DNA of 64,000 nucleotides from Actinomycetes bacterium. GTDB lineage: Bacteria; Actinomycetota; Thermoleophilia; RBG-16-64-13. This document shows, piece by piece, positions 27,711 through 36,669 of this stretch. The DNA is taken from the NCBI GenBank assembly GCA_021372435.1, contig JAJFUK010000086.1, forward strand, positions 7,307 to 71,306. Direction: 5' to 3'. Position numbers and translations under genes: made by a program. Each line of letters begins with the position of its first letter. Within the stretch, counting starts at the first letter, position 1. The notes below the pieces were generated by a model that saw only the letters and a list, made by a program, of their open reading frames with translations, was not told where the DNA came from and ran no database searches.

Positions 27711-28688
27711 ATGAATGCCTTCTTCCCACCCTTCGATGTCACCGCCGGTCTCCGCCGGCCTCTTACCTCTGATGAGGCGCGATGGTTGACCTGTGCCGCG
27801 CATATGGCCGCGGAGGGGAAAAAGGCGGCCCGCCCGCTTGCCGGGATGGCGGCAGGCCGTGTGGCCCTTGGGCGGGGAGCCGGCGGCGATCATACACTGG
27901 AGATAGACAGGGCCTGCGAGACGGCCATCCGAAGGGTGCTGGAGCGCGAGGCCCCGGCTTCTTACCTGTTGGTCTCGGAGGAGACGGGCGTCGGCGGCTC
28001 CCAGGATGCACCATGGCGGGTCGTGGTCGACCCTCTCGACGGGAGCCTCAACGCCAAGCGGGGCTTGGAGCCCTACTGTGCCTCGATAGCCATCGCCCAG
28101 GGAGAGACTCTCGGGGACGTCTCGATCGCATATGTAGAGGACTACACTCGCCCTCGATGCTTCGCGGCCGTCCAAGGGGTCGGGCTGGTGTGTCCAGGAA
28201 CGGCTCCTGGCGTCTGTACGGAGAAAGCGCAGGAGTCGGTCTCCGCCGTAGTCTCAAGCGGATACCGCGCCGAGCCGGCCGGGGTTGTAGGCGGTCTCGT
28301 GGAGGTCGTCCTTCTGGAAGCAGGCAGGCCGGACCGTTATCACTTCGGGTACCACGATCTGAGCACGATCGGTGCCGTGGGAAGAAGTCAAGATATGCGC
28401 GTCCGCCAAATAGGGTCGCTGGCTCTTGCACTCTGCTATGTGGCGATAGCCGTGGCCGACATCCTGCTGGCAGCGGTACCCGCGCGGTCGGTCGATATCG
28501 CCGCGGGGCTACGGATCCTGTCAGAAGCCGGTGGAGGAGCCGCCGCGTTGACGGATCAGGACATCTGGGCCCAGCCGCTCGATCTGGAGAAACGGTCGGC
28601 CTTTGTGGCGTGGCGGGCGGGTCTCGATCAGGTCGAGGTCGTCTCACGGGCACGCGAGCTGAGCAAGAACCTACTGGTCGTCACCTAG
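27711..28688 (+). CDS. inositol-monophosphatase/FBPase-family phosphatase
   Basis: LVSEETGV, VVDPLDGSLNAKRG, and a C-terminal SVDIAAG region. The long ORF-track N-terminus overlaps the divergent phosphoesterase gene. Start placed at ATG 27711 after GGTGAGGG, which is uncertain. Confidence 0.82.
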   Translation: MNAFFPPFDVTAGLRRPLTSDEARWLTCAAHMAAEGKKAARPLAGMAAGRVALGRGAGGDHTLEIDRACETAIRRVLEREAPASYLLVSEETGVGGSQDAPWRVVVDPLDGSLNAKRGLEPYCASIAIAQGETLGDVSIAYVEDYTRPRCFAAVQGVGLVCPGTAPGVCTEKAQESVSAVVSSGYRAEPAGVVGGLVEVVLLEAGRPDRYHFGYHDLSTIGAVGRSQDMRVRQIGSLALALCYVAIAVADILLAAVPARSVDIAAGLRILSEAGGGAAALTDQDIWAQPLDLEKRSAFVAWRAGLDQVEVVSRARELSKNLLVVT

Positions 28689-30035
28689 CAGGCGATCGGC
28701 CGCGTCCAGGGCGTAGACCTGGATCTCGGGGTCGGGGTCTTCGAGACAGTCGTGGATGACATCAAGCGACTTCGTGTTGCCGATATGCTCCAAGGTGTCG
28801 ATGACCGACTTCTTAAGATCTGCGTCTTTGGTGCCTTGAAAAACCTTCCCCAGCTCGGCCGGGTTCAAGAAAGCCAGCATGCCGGCCTGCTCGCCGGCGG
28901 GGAGCGCGAGCAACTCCTCCGCGCTGGTGACGGTAGTTCGGAGACTTGAGAAGAAGTCATCGATGTCCATCGAGTCTTGGAGCCCGACGGTCTTGACGAC
29001 TTCCTCCTCCGCCGGCTCCTCTGCCGCCGTGCGCACTTCTGTAGCCGGTGCCGCTGCCGGCTCCTCTTCCGCTCCCGACCGCTCATGGACTAGGGGCGGC
29101 TCCTCGTCGACTGTGGATATCCTCTCCTCGACGACCTCGGTGGGCATCTCTTCCACCAGCTCGGGTTCTTCTTCCACAAAAGCCTCGATCTCCTCGGCTT
29201 CCACTTCGGGGGCCGGCTCAGCGCCCTCACTCTCTTCGTCCGCGAAGACGTCCGCGAAGATCTCGGCCCGTCCTGACCCGGCCTCCCCGCCGGCGGTCTC
29301 TGCCGGTTGGGACGATGTGTCTGCCGCGGTCATGCTGACTGCCGCGGTTTGGTCGGTCTCGGCAGTCTCGGCGGGGGACTTCTGCTCCAGCGGAACGCCG
29401 TACCAGGAGACGGCGGCGCCTGAGGGAGTCCCAAGGACGTCGCTCTTCGCGATGCCCCAGGACGCTTCGGCAGCCCTTTCTTCTCCGGCCGTCTCGCTCT
29501 GATCGGCCGAGGGCGGCGTTTGCGGGGCCGTCGCCGAAGGCTCCTGGAGAGACGATGCGTAGTGGCGCAGCTGGCTCAAACGGGCGCGGGCGTGCTCGCT
29601 GTTCTTGAGATTCTGTGGCAGTTCCGCGACAGCGACCGCGGCGGCTACCTTGTCGGCTCGAAAGATCTTGAGGCGGTTCGTGTCTTCAGCGGTCAGATCC
29701 CCCCAGCCCTGGAGAAGGTCTGCGATGACCGCCGCTACTGGGTCGGCGCCCGAGGAACGAACGGCCTCGGCCGGCCGGACGGCGGAGCCGGCGCTCTTGG
29801 CGAGGCCGTGGGAGACGCGGCCGGCGCCCGTATCGCCCCTCGCAGTGGCGGCGGCCGTGGCCGTGGGCCCTCTTGGAACTGTGGCCTTTCTCGTGGGCGC
29901 GATTAGCTTGCCGGCCGAGCGGGCGCGTCTCCTGCGGCTCACGCTGAGCAGCAAGAGCAGGAGGAGGAGCACGACGACGACGATGATCGCAGGTAGGACA
30001 TAAGGACTGCCGAAAAGCTCAGGTAACTCAAACAT
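28671..30035 (-). CDS. membrane-anchored acidic Ala/Glu/Pro-rich protein with C-terminal HEAT-like repeats
   Basis: Start ATG 30035 follows GAGGAGGG. Contains a TM helix (VLPAIIVVVVLLLLLLLL), a long low-complexity acidic region, and the C-terminal DADLKKSVIDTLEHIGNTKSLDVIHDCLEDPDPEIQVYALDAADRL (PBS-lyase HEAT-like). Confidence 0.65.
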   Translation of the reverse strand: MFELPELFGSPYVLPAIIVVVVLLLLLLLLSVSRRRRARSAGKLIAPTRKATVPRGPTATAAATARGDTGAGRVSHGLAKSAGSAVRPAEAVRSSGADPVAAVIADLLQGWGDLTAEDTNRLKIFRADKVAAAVAVAELPQNLKNSEHARARLSQLRHYASSLQEPSATAPQTPPSADQSETAGEERAAEASWGIAKSDVLGTPSGAAVSWYGVPLEQKSPAETAETDQTAAVSMTAADTSSQPAETAGGEAGSGRAEIFADVFADEESEGAEPAPEVEAEEIEAFVEEEPELVEEMPTEVVEERISTVDEEPPLVHERSGAEEEPAAAPATEVRTAAEEPAEEEVVKTVGLQDSMDIDDFFSSLRTTVTSAEELLALPAGEQAGMLAFLNPAELGKVFQGTKDADLKKSVIDTLEHIGNTKSLDVIHDCLEDPDPEIQVYALDAADRLLGDDQ

Positions 30036-30323
30036 CCGTCGACCCTCCTCGAGTTCCCCGTGACTCACCGTGGCTCGGTACGACCTTCACCCATATAGTA
30101 TCGGTCCCCGGCTGCGGGGTATAGTGTCTTCGTCGGCCGGGCGGGCCAACTACTTGAGAACGCTTTAGGACCGGTCTCCGGATCGATCTCCGCCGGCAAG
30201 GATGCGCGGAGGGGGCGCGGCGTCACGGATGTGACGCCAGACCAGGCACCGTGTCGCCCGGCATCTACAGGACGGCTGCTCTTCCATTCTGAACCGAGTT
30301 CTTGGGCAAAGGGGAACCTTGTC

Positions 30324-31106
30324 ATGATCGACACGCACTCGCACCTGCTCCCTGGGCTCGACCACGGTTGCCCCGATCTCCAAACAGCCGTCCTCATGGC
30401 TCGGGAAGCGGCAGAGTCCGGTGTCAGTACCGTCGTATGCACGCCGCACCTTCCCGAGTGGGACGAGGGTGTCGTGGGGAGCGCGGGTCTCATCCTGGAG
30501 AAGGTCAGGGGGGAGGTGACGGCCGCGGGCATCGCGCTGGAGTTGAGGCTCGGCTTCGAAGTCGATCTCGGTGTCGTGGCCGGCGTCGATATGGTCAAGC
30601 TAGCCGCTCTTACCGTGGAGGGCTCTCGGGGAGCGATCATTTTGGAGATGCCCTACTATGGGTGGCCGCCCTTCATCCGAGAGATGATCTTCCGTCTTTC
30701 AGCGGCCGGCTTCGTGCCTGTGCTCGCTCACCCGGAGAGGAACGAGCGGGTCCAGAGGTCCTCGGATCTGCTTGCGGACTGCCTGAAGGCCGGAGCGGTG
30801 GCGCAGGCGACCGCGGGCAGCCTCGGCGGGGCCTTCGGGCGCGATGCCGAGCGGACCTTCTTCCGTCTCATCTCTGAAGGTATGATCAGCCTCCTTGCCT
30901 CCGACGCCCATTCGTTCCGTCGAGAAGGTTGGACGATGGGGCCGATGCTAAGGGTTCTGCAGGGCAAGGTATCCCGCGAGGATCTAGTGGTGTTGACCGA
31001 CTCCAACCCAAGAAAGCTGCTTGCCGGAGAAAGACCTGCCGAGGTGAACCCGGACACCGGCAGGGTTCCACGGATGGGCAGGACCCGGCGGAAGAACGGG
31101 CGCTGA
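30324..31106 (+). CDS. CpsB/YwqE-type PHP-domain protein-tyrosine phosphatase
   Basis: MIDTHSHLLPGLDHG, CTPH, AHPERN and SDAH motifs appear in CpsB order. Confidence 0.85.
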   Translation: MIDTHSHLLPGLDHGCPDLQTAVLMAREAAESGVSTVVCTPHLPEWDEGVVGSAGLILEKVRGEVTAAGIALELRLGFEVDLGVVAGVDMVKLAALTVEGSRGAIILEMPYYGWPPFIREMIFRLSAAGFVPVLAHPERNERVQRSSDLLADCLKAGAVAQATAGSLGGAFGRDAERTFFRLISEGMISLLASDAHSFRREGWTMGPMLRVLQGKVSREDLVVLTDSNPRKLLAGERPAEVNPDTGRVPRMGRTRRKNGR

Positions 31107-31174
31107 CTCCGTGACCCGGCGGGTCCGGCGGCGGGGAGGATGCCCGGGCCCGGAAACCGCCTCTCCCTCCGTGC

Positions 31175-32656
31175 CTATCCATCCTCCAGGCGGCCGTACG
31201 TGTCGTCCAGCCTCACGATGTCATCCTCGCCTAGGTAGTCCCCCGATTGCACCTCTATGATCTCGAGAAGGTCCGGTCCGGGATTCGTCAGGCGGTGAGG
31301 GGTGTTGACGGGCACGTAGGTGGACTCGTCCTCCCTCAGCCGGAACATCTCCGGTCCGCAGGTGACTTCCGCGGTCCCCTGCACCACGACCCAATGTTCG
31401 GCCCGGCGCCTATGCAACTGAAGGCTCAGGCTGGCCCCTGGTGAGACGACGATGCGCTTCACCTGGAAGCGTTCGCCCCGGTCGATGCACTCGAAGCAGC
31501 CCCAGGGCCGGTGCACGCGGCGATGGGCGATGGCCAGGTCCTCATGGCACTCGGCGACCCGGGCGACCAGTCGTTTCAGGTCGTGCGTCTTGTCCTTGCC
31601 GGCCACCAGGACGGCATCGGCGGTCTCGATGACGACGAGATCCTCGACTCCGAGCACCGCGACGAGGCGGGACTCGGAGTGTGCCAGGGTCCCGCGGGTC
31701 TCCTCCAGGATGACATCCCCTTGGGCGAGGTTGCCGTCCTCGTCTTTCGGGCAGGCCGCCCATAAGGCCGCCCAGCCGCCGATGTCCGACCAGCCGGCCT
31801 TCAGCGGCACCACTACGGCCGCCGGTCCGGCGGCCGGATGGCCGGCGGGAACGGGTTTAGAGGAAAGGACCAGTCTCTCCATCACGGCGTAGTCGATGGA
31901 GTCGGAGGGGCAGGTCTCGAATGCTCCTCTGTCCAAGCGTAGGAAAAGGCCGTCGCGCCGGGAGCCGGCGAGCGCCGCCCGGCATGCCGCGACGATCTCG
32001 GGCCGGCTCCGTTCGAGCGCGGCCAGCCACACAGACCGTCTCATTACGAACATCCCGCTGTTCCAGAGGTATCCGCCTGTATCGAGGTAGCGACGGGCGG
32101 TCGCTGCGTCGGGCTTCTCTGCGAAGCCGGCCAGCGTGCAGGCGCCGGCCGCCCCGGGGATCGGTTCGCCCGTTCGAATGTAACCGTAGCCGGTCTCGGG
32201 CCGGTCGGGGACTATGCCGAACGTGACGAGCCTGCCCGCTTCGGCCTGGCCGGCGCCTGCGGCCACCGCCGCTTGGAACGCCGGTACGTCGGTGATCAGG
32301 TGGTCGGAAGCCATGACCAGAAGGACAGGGTCGTCTTCGACCGCCAGCAACGCGGCCAGAGTCAGAGCGGGGGCGGTGCTACGGCCTACCGGTTCAAGCA
32401 CGATGAGAGGCTCCGTAACCCCGGCCTCCAAAAGCTGGCCGGCCACCATGAAGCGGTACTCCTCATTGGTGACCACGATCGGCCGGGGGGAGACGGTACC
32501 GGCGCCGAAGCCGCGCAGGCGCAGGACGGTCTCCTGGAGGAGGGTGCGCGGACCGGTGAGAGCCAGCAGTTGCTTGGGATGACTCCGGCGAGAGACCGGC
32601 CACAGCCTGGTGCCGGAGCCTCCGGCGAGTATGACGGGCTGGATGGTCGCGGTCAT
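31175..32656 (-). CDS. manC: mannose-1-phosphate guanylyltransferase / mannose-6-phosphate isomerase (type II)
   Basis: Start ATG 32656 follows GGGAG. Motifs: ILAGGSGTRLWPVSR..HPKQ and the C-terminal cupin HRRRAEHWVVVQGTAEV. Confidence 0.92.
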   Translation of the reverse strand: MTATIQPVILAGGSGTRLWPVSRRSHPKQLLALTGPRTLLQETVLRLRGFGAGTVSPRPIVVTNEEYRFMVAGQLLEAGVTEPLIVLEPVGRSTAPALTLAALLAVEDDPVLLVMASDHLITDVPAFQAAVAAGAGQAEAGRLVTFGIVPDRPETGYGYIRTGEPIPGAAGACTLAGFAEKPDAATARRYLDTGGYLWNSGMFVMRRSVWLAALERSRPEIVAACRAALAGSRRDGLFLRLDRGAFETCPSDSIDYAVMERLVLSSKPVPAGHPAAGPAAVVVPLKAGWSDIGGWAALWAACPKDEDGNLAQGDVILEETRGTLAHSESRLVAVLGVEDLVVIETADAVLVAGKDKTHDLKRLVARVAECHEDLAIAHRRVHRPWGCFECIDRGERFQVKRIVVSPGASLSLQLHRRRAEHWVVVQGTAEVTCGPEMFRLREDESTYVPVNTPHRLTNPGPDLLEIIEVQSGDYLGEDDIVRLDDTYGRLEDG

Positions 32657-32711
32657 GACGCTCCCTTCTGCCGTGCGTGCCGGGCGGCCGCTGAGATGCC
32701 CGCTCTGCCGG

Positions 32712-32722
32712 CATTCTAACAA
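32712..32722 (-). promoter_or_regulatory. candidate extended -10 (TTGTTAGAATG) upstream of manC
   Basis: The 11-mer TTGTTAGAATG (minus strand) lies ~57 nt upstream of the manC ATG. An identical 11-mer occurs at 44036-44046, upstream of another minus-strand gene. Confidence 0.35.
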
Positions 32723-32802
32723 ACCGGCGTCGATCTTCCCTTTGTGGTATCAATGACCAGGGAAGTCCCATCCGGTGGCGCGATCTCGATCAGGAGCGAG
32801 TC

Positions 32803-33780
32803 ATGCATGTCCTTGTGACCGGCGCCGCGGGTTTCATAGGCAGCCGCGTGGCGGAGATGCTCCTCGAGCAGGGCCACGGGGTATGTGGGGTCGACAACAT
32901 GTGTCCCGCCTATGACATCCGTCTCAAGGAATATCGTCTGGAGAGACTCCGGAGCCGACACCGGCTCGATGTACATCCGGTAGACATCGCCGACCGGGGG
33001 TCGATGGCCGCCCTATGGCAGGGATACGGCCCGTTCGACGCGGTCGTCGACCTGGCCGCCCGCGCCGGCGTGCGCCAAAGTGTAGAGGACCCCTGGGTCT
33101 ACATCGACACCAACGTCACCGGGACCCTCAATCTGCTGGAACTCTGCCGTGAGCACGGGGTGCGCAAGTTCGTACTTGCCTCGACCTCCAGCCTCTACGG
33201 GGCGGGCAACCCGGTGCCCTTCTCAGAGGACGCCGGCACCGACCGGCCGCTCTCACCATACGCGGCCTCGAAGAAAGGGGCCGAGGCCCTCTGCTACACC
33301 TACTACCACCTGTACGGCATCGATGTGACCATCTTACGGTACTTCACCGTCTACGGTCCGGCCGGACGGCCGGACATGAGCCTTTTCCGCTTTGTGCAGT
33401 GGATCTACGAAGAGCGCCCCCTTCGTCTGTACGGTGACGGGAGGCAATCGCGGGACTTCACCTACGTGGACGACGTGGCCCGTGGCACCATCTTGGGGCT
33501 CAAGCCCTTAGGACACGAGATCATCAACCTGGGCGGAGACAGTCCCCACGACCTTCTCGAGTTGATCCGTCTCGTGGAGGCGCAGGTGGGCAAGAAGGCT
33601 CTGATCGAGCGACATCCCATGCATCCCGCCGACGTGATGGCCACCTGGGCCGATATCGGCAAGGCCGGGAGGCTGCTGGGCTGGCGGCCTGAGGTAAGCT
33701 TGGACGAAGGAGTGTGTCGGCTTTGCTGCTGGTACCGGGAGAACCGCTCCTGGGCGAAGAACATCGATACGGCGGACTGA
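32803..33780 (+). CDS. NAD-dependent nucleotide-sugar epimerase (UDP-glucuronate 4-epimerase-like SDR)
   Basis: VTGAAGFIGS, the catalytic YAASKKGAE motif, RYFTVYGPAGRPDM, RDFTYVDD. Confidence 0.9.
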   Translation: MHVLVTGAAGFIGSRVAEMLLEQGHGVCGVDNMCPAYDIRLKEYRLERLRSRHRLDVHPVDIADRGSMAALWQGYGPFDAVVDLAARAGVRQSVEDPWVYIDTNVTGTLNLLELCREHGVRKFVLASTSSLYGAGNPVPFSEDAGTDRPLSPYAASKKGAEALCYTYYHLYGIDVTILRYFTVYGPAGRPDMSLFRFVQWIYEERPLRLYGDGRQSRDFTYVDDVARGTILGLKPLGHEIINLGGDSPHDLLELIRLVEAQVGKKALIERHPMHPADVMATWADIGKAGRLLGWRPEVSLDEGVCRLCCWYRENRSWAKNIDTAD

Positions 33781-33955
33781 TCGAAGCCTGCGGTGGTCGA
33801 TCAGGTACAGATTGTGTGTTCGCCGGCGCGTCGCCGTCGGTGTGCGGGACCGGTGCCGGCGGCGCTTCCTGGTCACACGCCCGGCGCGGCTAAGGTTCCG
33901 AACGGTTGCTGACGAATCTTGTTGTATCACGGCTTTTGTCTTCAGTGGAGTCGCC

Positions 33956-35590
33956 ATGTCTGACATATCGGTGAGCCCCTCGGGGGAGCCCTTCCCGGTC
34001 CCGGGTCCTGCGGAGTACGTGCGTGAGCTCGAACGCGTGGAGGCCTTGGCCGCGGCTGCCCGTGCCCGGGGCCAAGAGGTCGTCGTGGTCATGGGGGTCG
34101 GCTTCGTGGGAGCCGTCATGGCGGCCATCATCGCCGATGCCGTGGACGAGAGCGGCCGGCCCACGAAGTTCGTCATCGGCTGCCAGCGCCCGAGTACACG
34201 GAGCTACTGGAAGATCCCCCTTCTCAACCGGGGTCTGTCGCCCGTCAAGGCTGAAGATCCCGAGGTGGATCTGCTCATCTCCCGGTGCGTCAACGACAAG
34301 AAGACGCTCACGGCCACCTTCAACAGCGACTGTCTCGCGCTTGCGGACTGTGTGGTCGTGGACGTTCAATGCGACTACCTCAAGCAGAGTCTCGGTGACA
34401 TGAAGACCGGCGAGGTGGAGATGGCGGCTCTCGAGGCGACCATGCGGACCATCGGCGAGAAGGTCCCGGCTCACTGTCTGGTCATGATCGAGACCACTGT
34501 GGCCCCGGGGACCACCGAGTTCGTCGCGTATCCCATCATGAGGAAGGCCTTTCAAGCCCGCGGCATCGAATCCCCGCCTGTGCTGGCTCACAGCTACGAG
34601 CGGGTCATGCCGGGGCGGCAATACGTGGCCTCCATCCGGGACTTCTGGCGGGTCTGCTCGGGCTGCACAGAGGAAGCCACCGGTCGGGTGGTCAAGTTCC
34701 TGAACGAGGTGCTCAACACCAAGGACTACCCGCTCACCGTGATGAACCGGCCCATCGAGAGCGAGACCGCCAAGATCGTGGAGAACTCGTACCGGGCGAC
34801 CATCCTGGCCTTTCTGGACGAGTGGAGTCTATTCGCCGAGCGCAACGGTGTCGACCTGACCAAGGTCATCCAGGCGATCAAGGTGCGTCCGACCCACAGC
34901 AACATGATCTTCCCCGGACCGGGTATCGGCGGGTACTGCCTACCTAAGGACGGTGGCCTGGGCTACTGGGCGTACAAGCACATCCTGGGCTTCGAAGACG
35001 ACATCTTCCGCATGACCACGGCGGCCATCGACATCAACGACACGCGCAGCCTGCATGCAGCCGAGCTGACTCGGGACGCGCTCCGCAACATGGGACGGTA
35101 CATCGCCGGGGCACGGGTGCTTTTGTGCGGGGCCAGCTACCGCGAGGACGTGGGCGATACCCGCTACAGCGGCTCGGAACTCGTGGTCCGGAAGCTCGCC
35201 GAGATGGGCGCTGAGCTGAGCGTGCACGACCCGTATGTCGAGCATTGGTATGAAATAGAGACACCGGACACCTATCCCGCGACCGGCCAATCACTGGCCC
35301 GCTTCTTCAGGAACCAGCAGGACCTGCCCCGCCTACGTGTGCAAAAAGACCTGGCCACCGCCCTCCGAGGTGTCGAGGCCGTGGTCTTCGCCGTGCGTCA
35401 CTCGGCCTATTTGGATCTCGACCCCGACCAGGTGGTGGACTGGGCCGGGTCGCAGCCGGCCGTGATCGACTGTTTCGGTATCCTGGACGACGCCAAGATC
35501 CGCAGGTACTTCGAGTTGGGTTGCGAGGTCAAAGGGCTGGGCCGGGGTCACATCCAGCGGATCAAGGAAGACGTGCGCCGGCTGCGCTGA
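33956..35590 (+). CDS. nucleotide-sugar dehydrogenase (UDP-glucose/GDP-mannose dehydrogenase family), long form
   Basis: Start ATG 33956 follows GTGGAG. Motifs: VVVMGVGFVGAVMAA (Rossmann), GPGIGGYCLPKD (catalytic Cys) and a C-terminal UDP-binding-type domain. It looks roughly 100 aa longer than typical family members (from memory). Confidence 0.88.
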   Translation: MSDISVSPSGEPFPVPGPAEYVRELERVEALAAAARARGQEVVVVMGVGFVGAVMAAIIADAVDESGRPTKFVIGCQRPSTRSYWKIPLLNRGLSPVKAEDPEVDLLISRCVNDKKTLTATFNSDCLALADCVVVDVQCDYLKQSLGDMKTGEVEMAALEATMRTIGEKVPAHCLVMIETTVAPGTTEFVAYPIMRKAFQARGIESPPVLAHSYERVMPGRQYVASIRDFWRVCSGCTEEATGRVVKFLNEVLNTKDYPLTVMNRPIESETAKIVENSYRATILAFLDEWSLFAERNGVDLTKVIQAIKVRPTHSNMIFPGPGIGGYCLPKDGGLGYWAYKHILGFEDDIFRMTTAAIDINDTRSLHAAELTRDALRNMGRYIAGARVLLCGASYREDVGDTRYSGSELVVRKLAEMGAELSVHDPYVEHWYEIETPDTYPATGQSLARFFRNQQDLPRLRVQKDLATALRGVEAVVFAVRHSAYLDLDPDQVVDWAGSQPAVIDCFGILDDAKIRRYFELGCEVKGLGRGHIQRIKEDVRRLR

Positions 35591-35603
35591 ACCCACGCCC
35601 GGC

Positions 35604-36590
35604 GTGGCGCTCAGACCGCTTAGTCGCTCAGCTATACTCTGCCGCGCCATGGATAGGGATCCTGTAGAACCGCCAGTCCCCGGGCCGCAGCAGCCGACGG
35701 CCGGTGCGCTCAGCGGAGCCGGGCAGTCACCTTCGCCGGCCCCTGAGTCGGCGCTCAATCCGGCTTCGTCCGCAACAGCGGCCGACTCGCCGGTCGAGCC
35801 GGGCGCAACAGGGAGGCGCCGCAGGCGCCGGTCATGGCAGCGGTGGGTCGCCGATCTGATGATCGTCGGGGGGATTCTTGTACTTCCCGGCTATTTCCTG
35901 GGTTCGTGCGGCTATACCTGGCTTCAGCAGCGCGACTTCCGTGAAGAGCTAGAGGCGGCCGGCCCCGAACTGACCGTTTCGGTCGCGGAGATACCCGAGC
36001 TGGAATTCGTGTCGCTGGAGACGACCAGCTCGACCACGCTCCCGCCGTCGGCTACGGAGGAGGAGATCTCGGCGGCTGAAGCGGCGATAGCGGCGGCAAA
36101 AGCCGAGCGTGACGCGCGGCTGGCGGCGTTGAAGGCGGCGGCCGACGCATTCGCGGCAGAAGTGAGCGGCCGGACGCGGACACCGTTGGGCAGGATCGTG
36201 ATCCCGAGCATCGACCTGGACGTCGTCATGTTGGAGGGTACGAGCAAGGCCGACCTCAAGGAGGGGCCGGGTCACTGGGAGGAGACACCCTTCCCCGGCC
36301 AGGGGGGCAACTTCGTGGTGTCCGGCCATAGAACGACCTACGGCGCCCCGTTCTTCGATCTCGACGATGTGAAGGTTGGTGACGAGATCCAGTTGATCAT
36401 GCCGTACGTCGTCGCCCGCTACGTGGTGACCAAGAACATCATCGTGTATCCCGACGAGGTCGAGACGGTACGCTCGGCGGGCAGGGAACAGGTGTCTCTC
36501 GCTGCCTGCCACCCGCTCCACAGCGCCAAGCAGCGGATAGTCGTGATCGGCGATCTGGCGAGCTTCAAGCTGGTCGAGCCGGAAGGCTGA
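35604..36590 (+). CDS. class E-like sortase
   Basis: N-terminal low-complexity region plus TM helix (LMIVGGILVLPGYFL). Catalytic domain motifs: GHWEETPFPGQGGNFVVSGHRTTYG, LAACHP (active-site Cys), and a trailing Arg region. The start is uncertain (alternative ATG 35649). Confidence 0.85.
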   Translation: MALRPLSRSAILCRAMDRDPVEPPVPGPQQPTAGALSGAGQSPSPAPESALNPASSATAADSPVEPGATGRRRRRRSWQRWVADLMIVGGILVLPGYFLGSCGYTWLQQRDFREELEAAGPELTVSVAEIPELEFVSLETTSSTTLPPSATEEEISAAEAAIAAAKAERDARLAALKAAADAFAAEVSGRTRTPLGRIVIPSIDLDVVMLEGTSKADLKEGPGHWEETPFPGQGGNFVVSGHRTTYGAPFFDLDDVKVGDEIQLIMPYVVARYVVTKNIIVYPDEVETVRSAGREQVSLAACHPLHSAKQRIVVIGDLASFKLVEPEG

Positions 36591-36669
36591 GTCTCTCGAT
36601 CGAGGCAGGCACCTTTGCCGGCCGGGTACCGACCCGGGCCGGGGTGGACGGTATGCTATCGTTCAGAAT

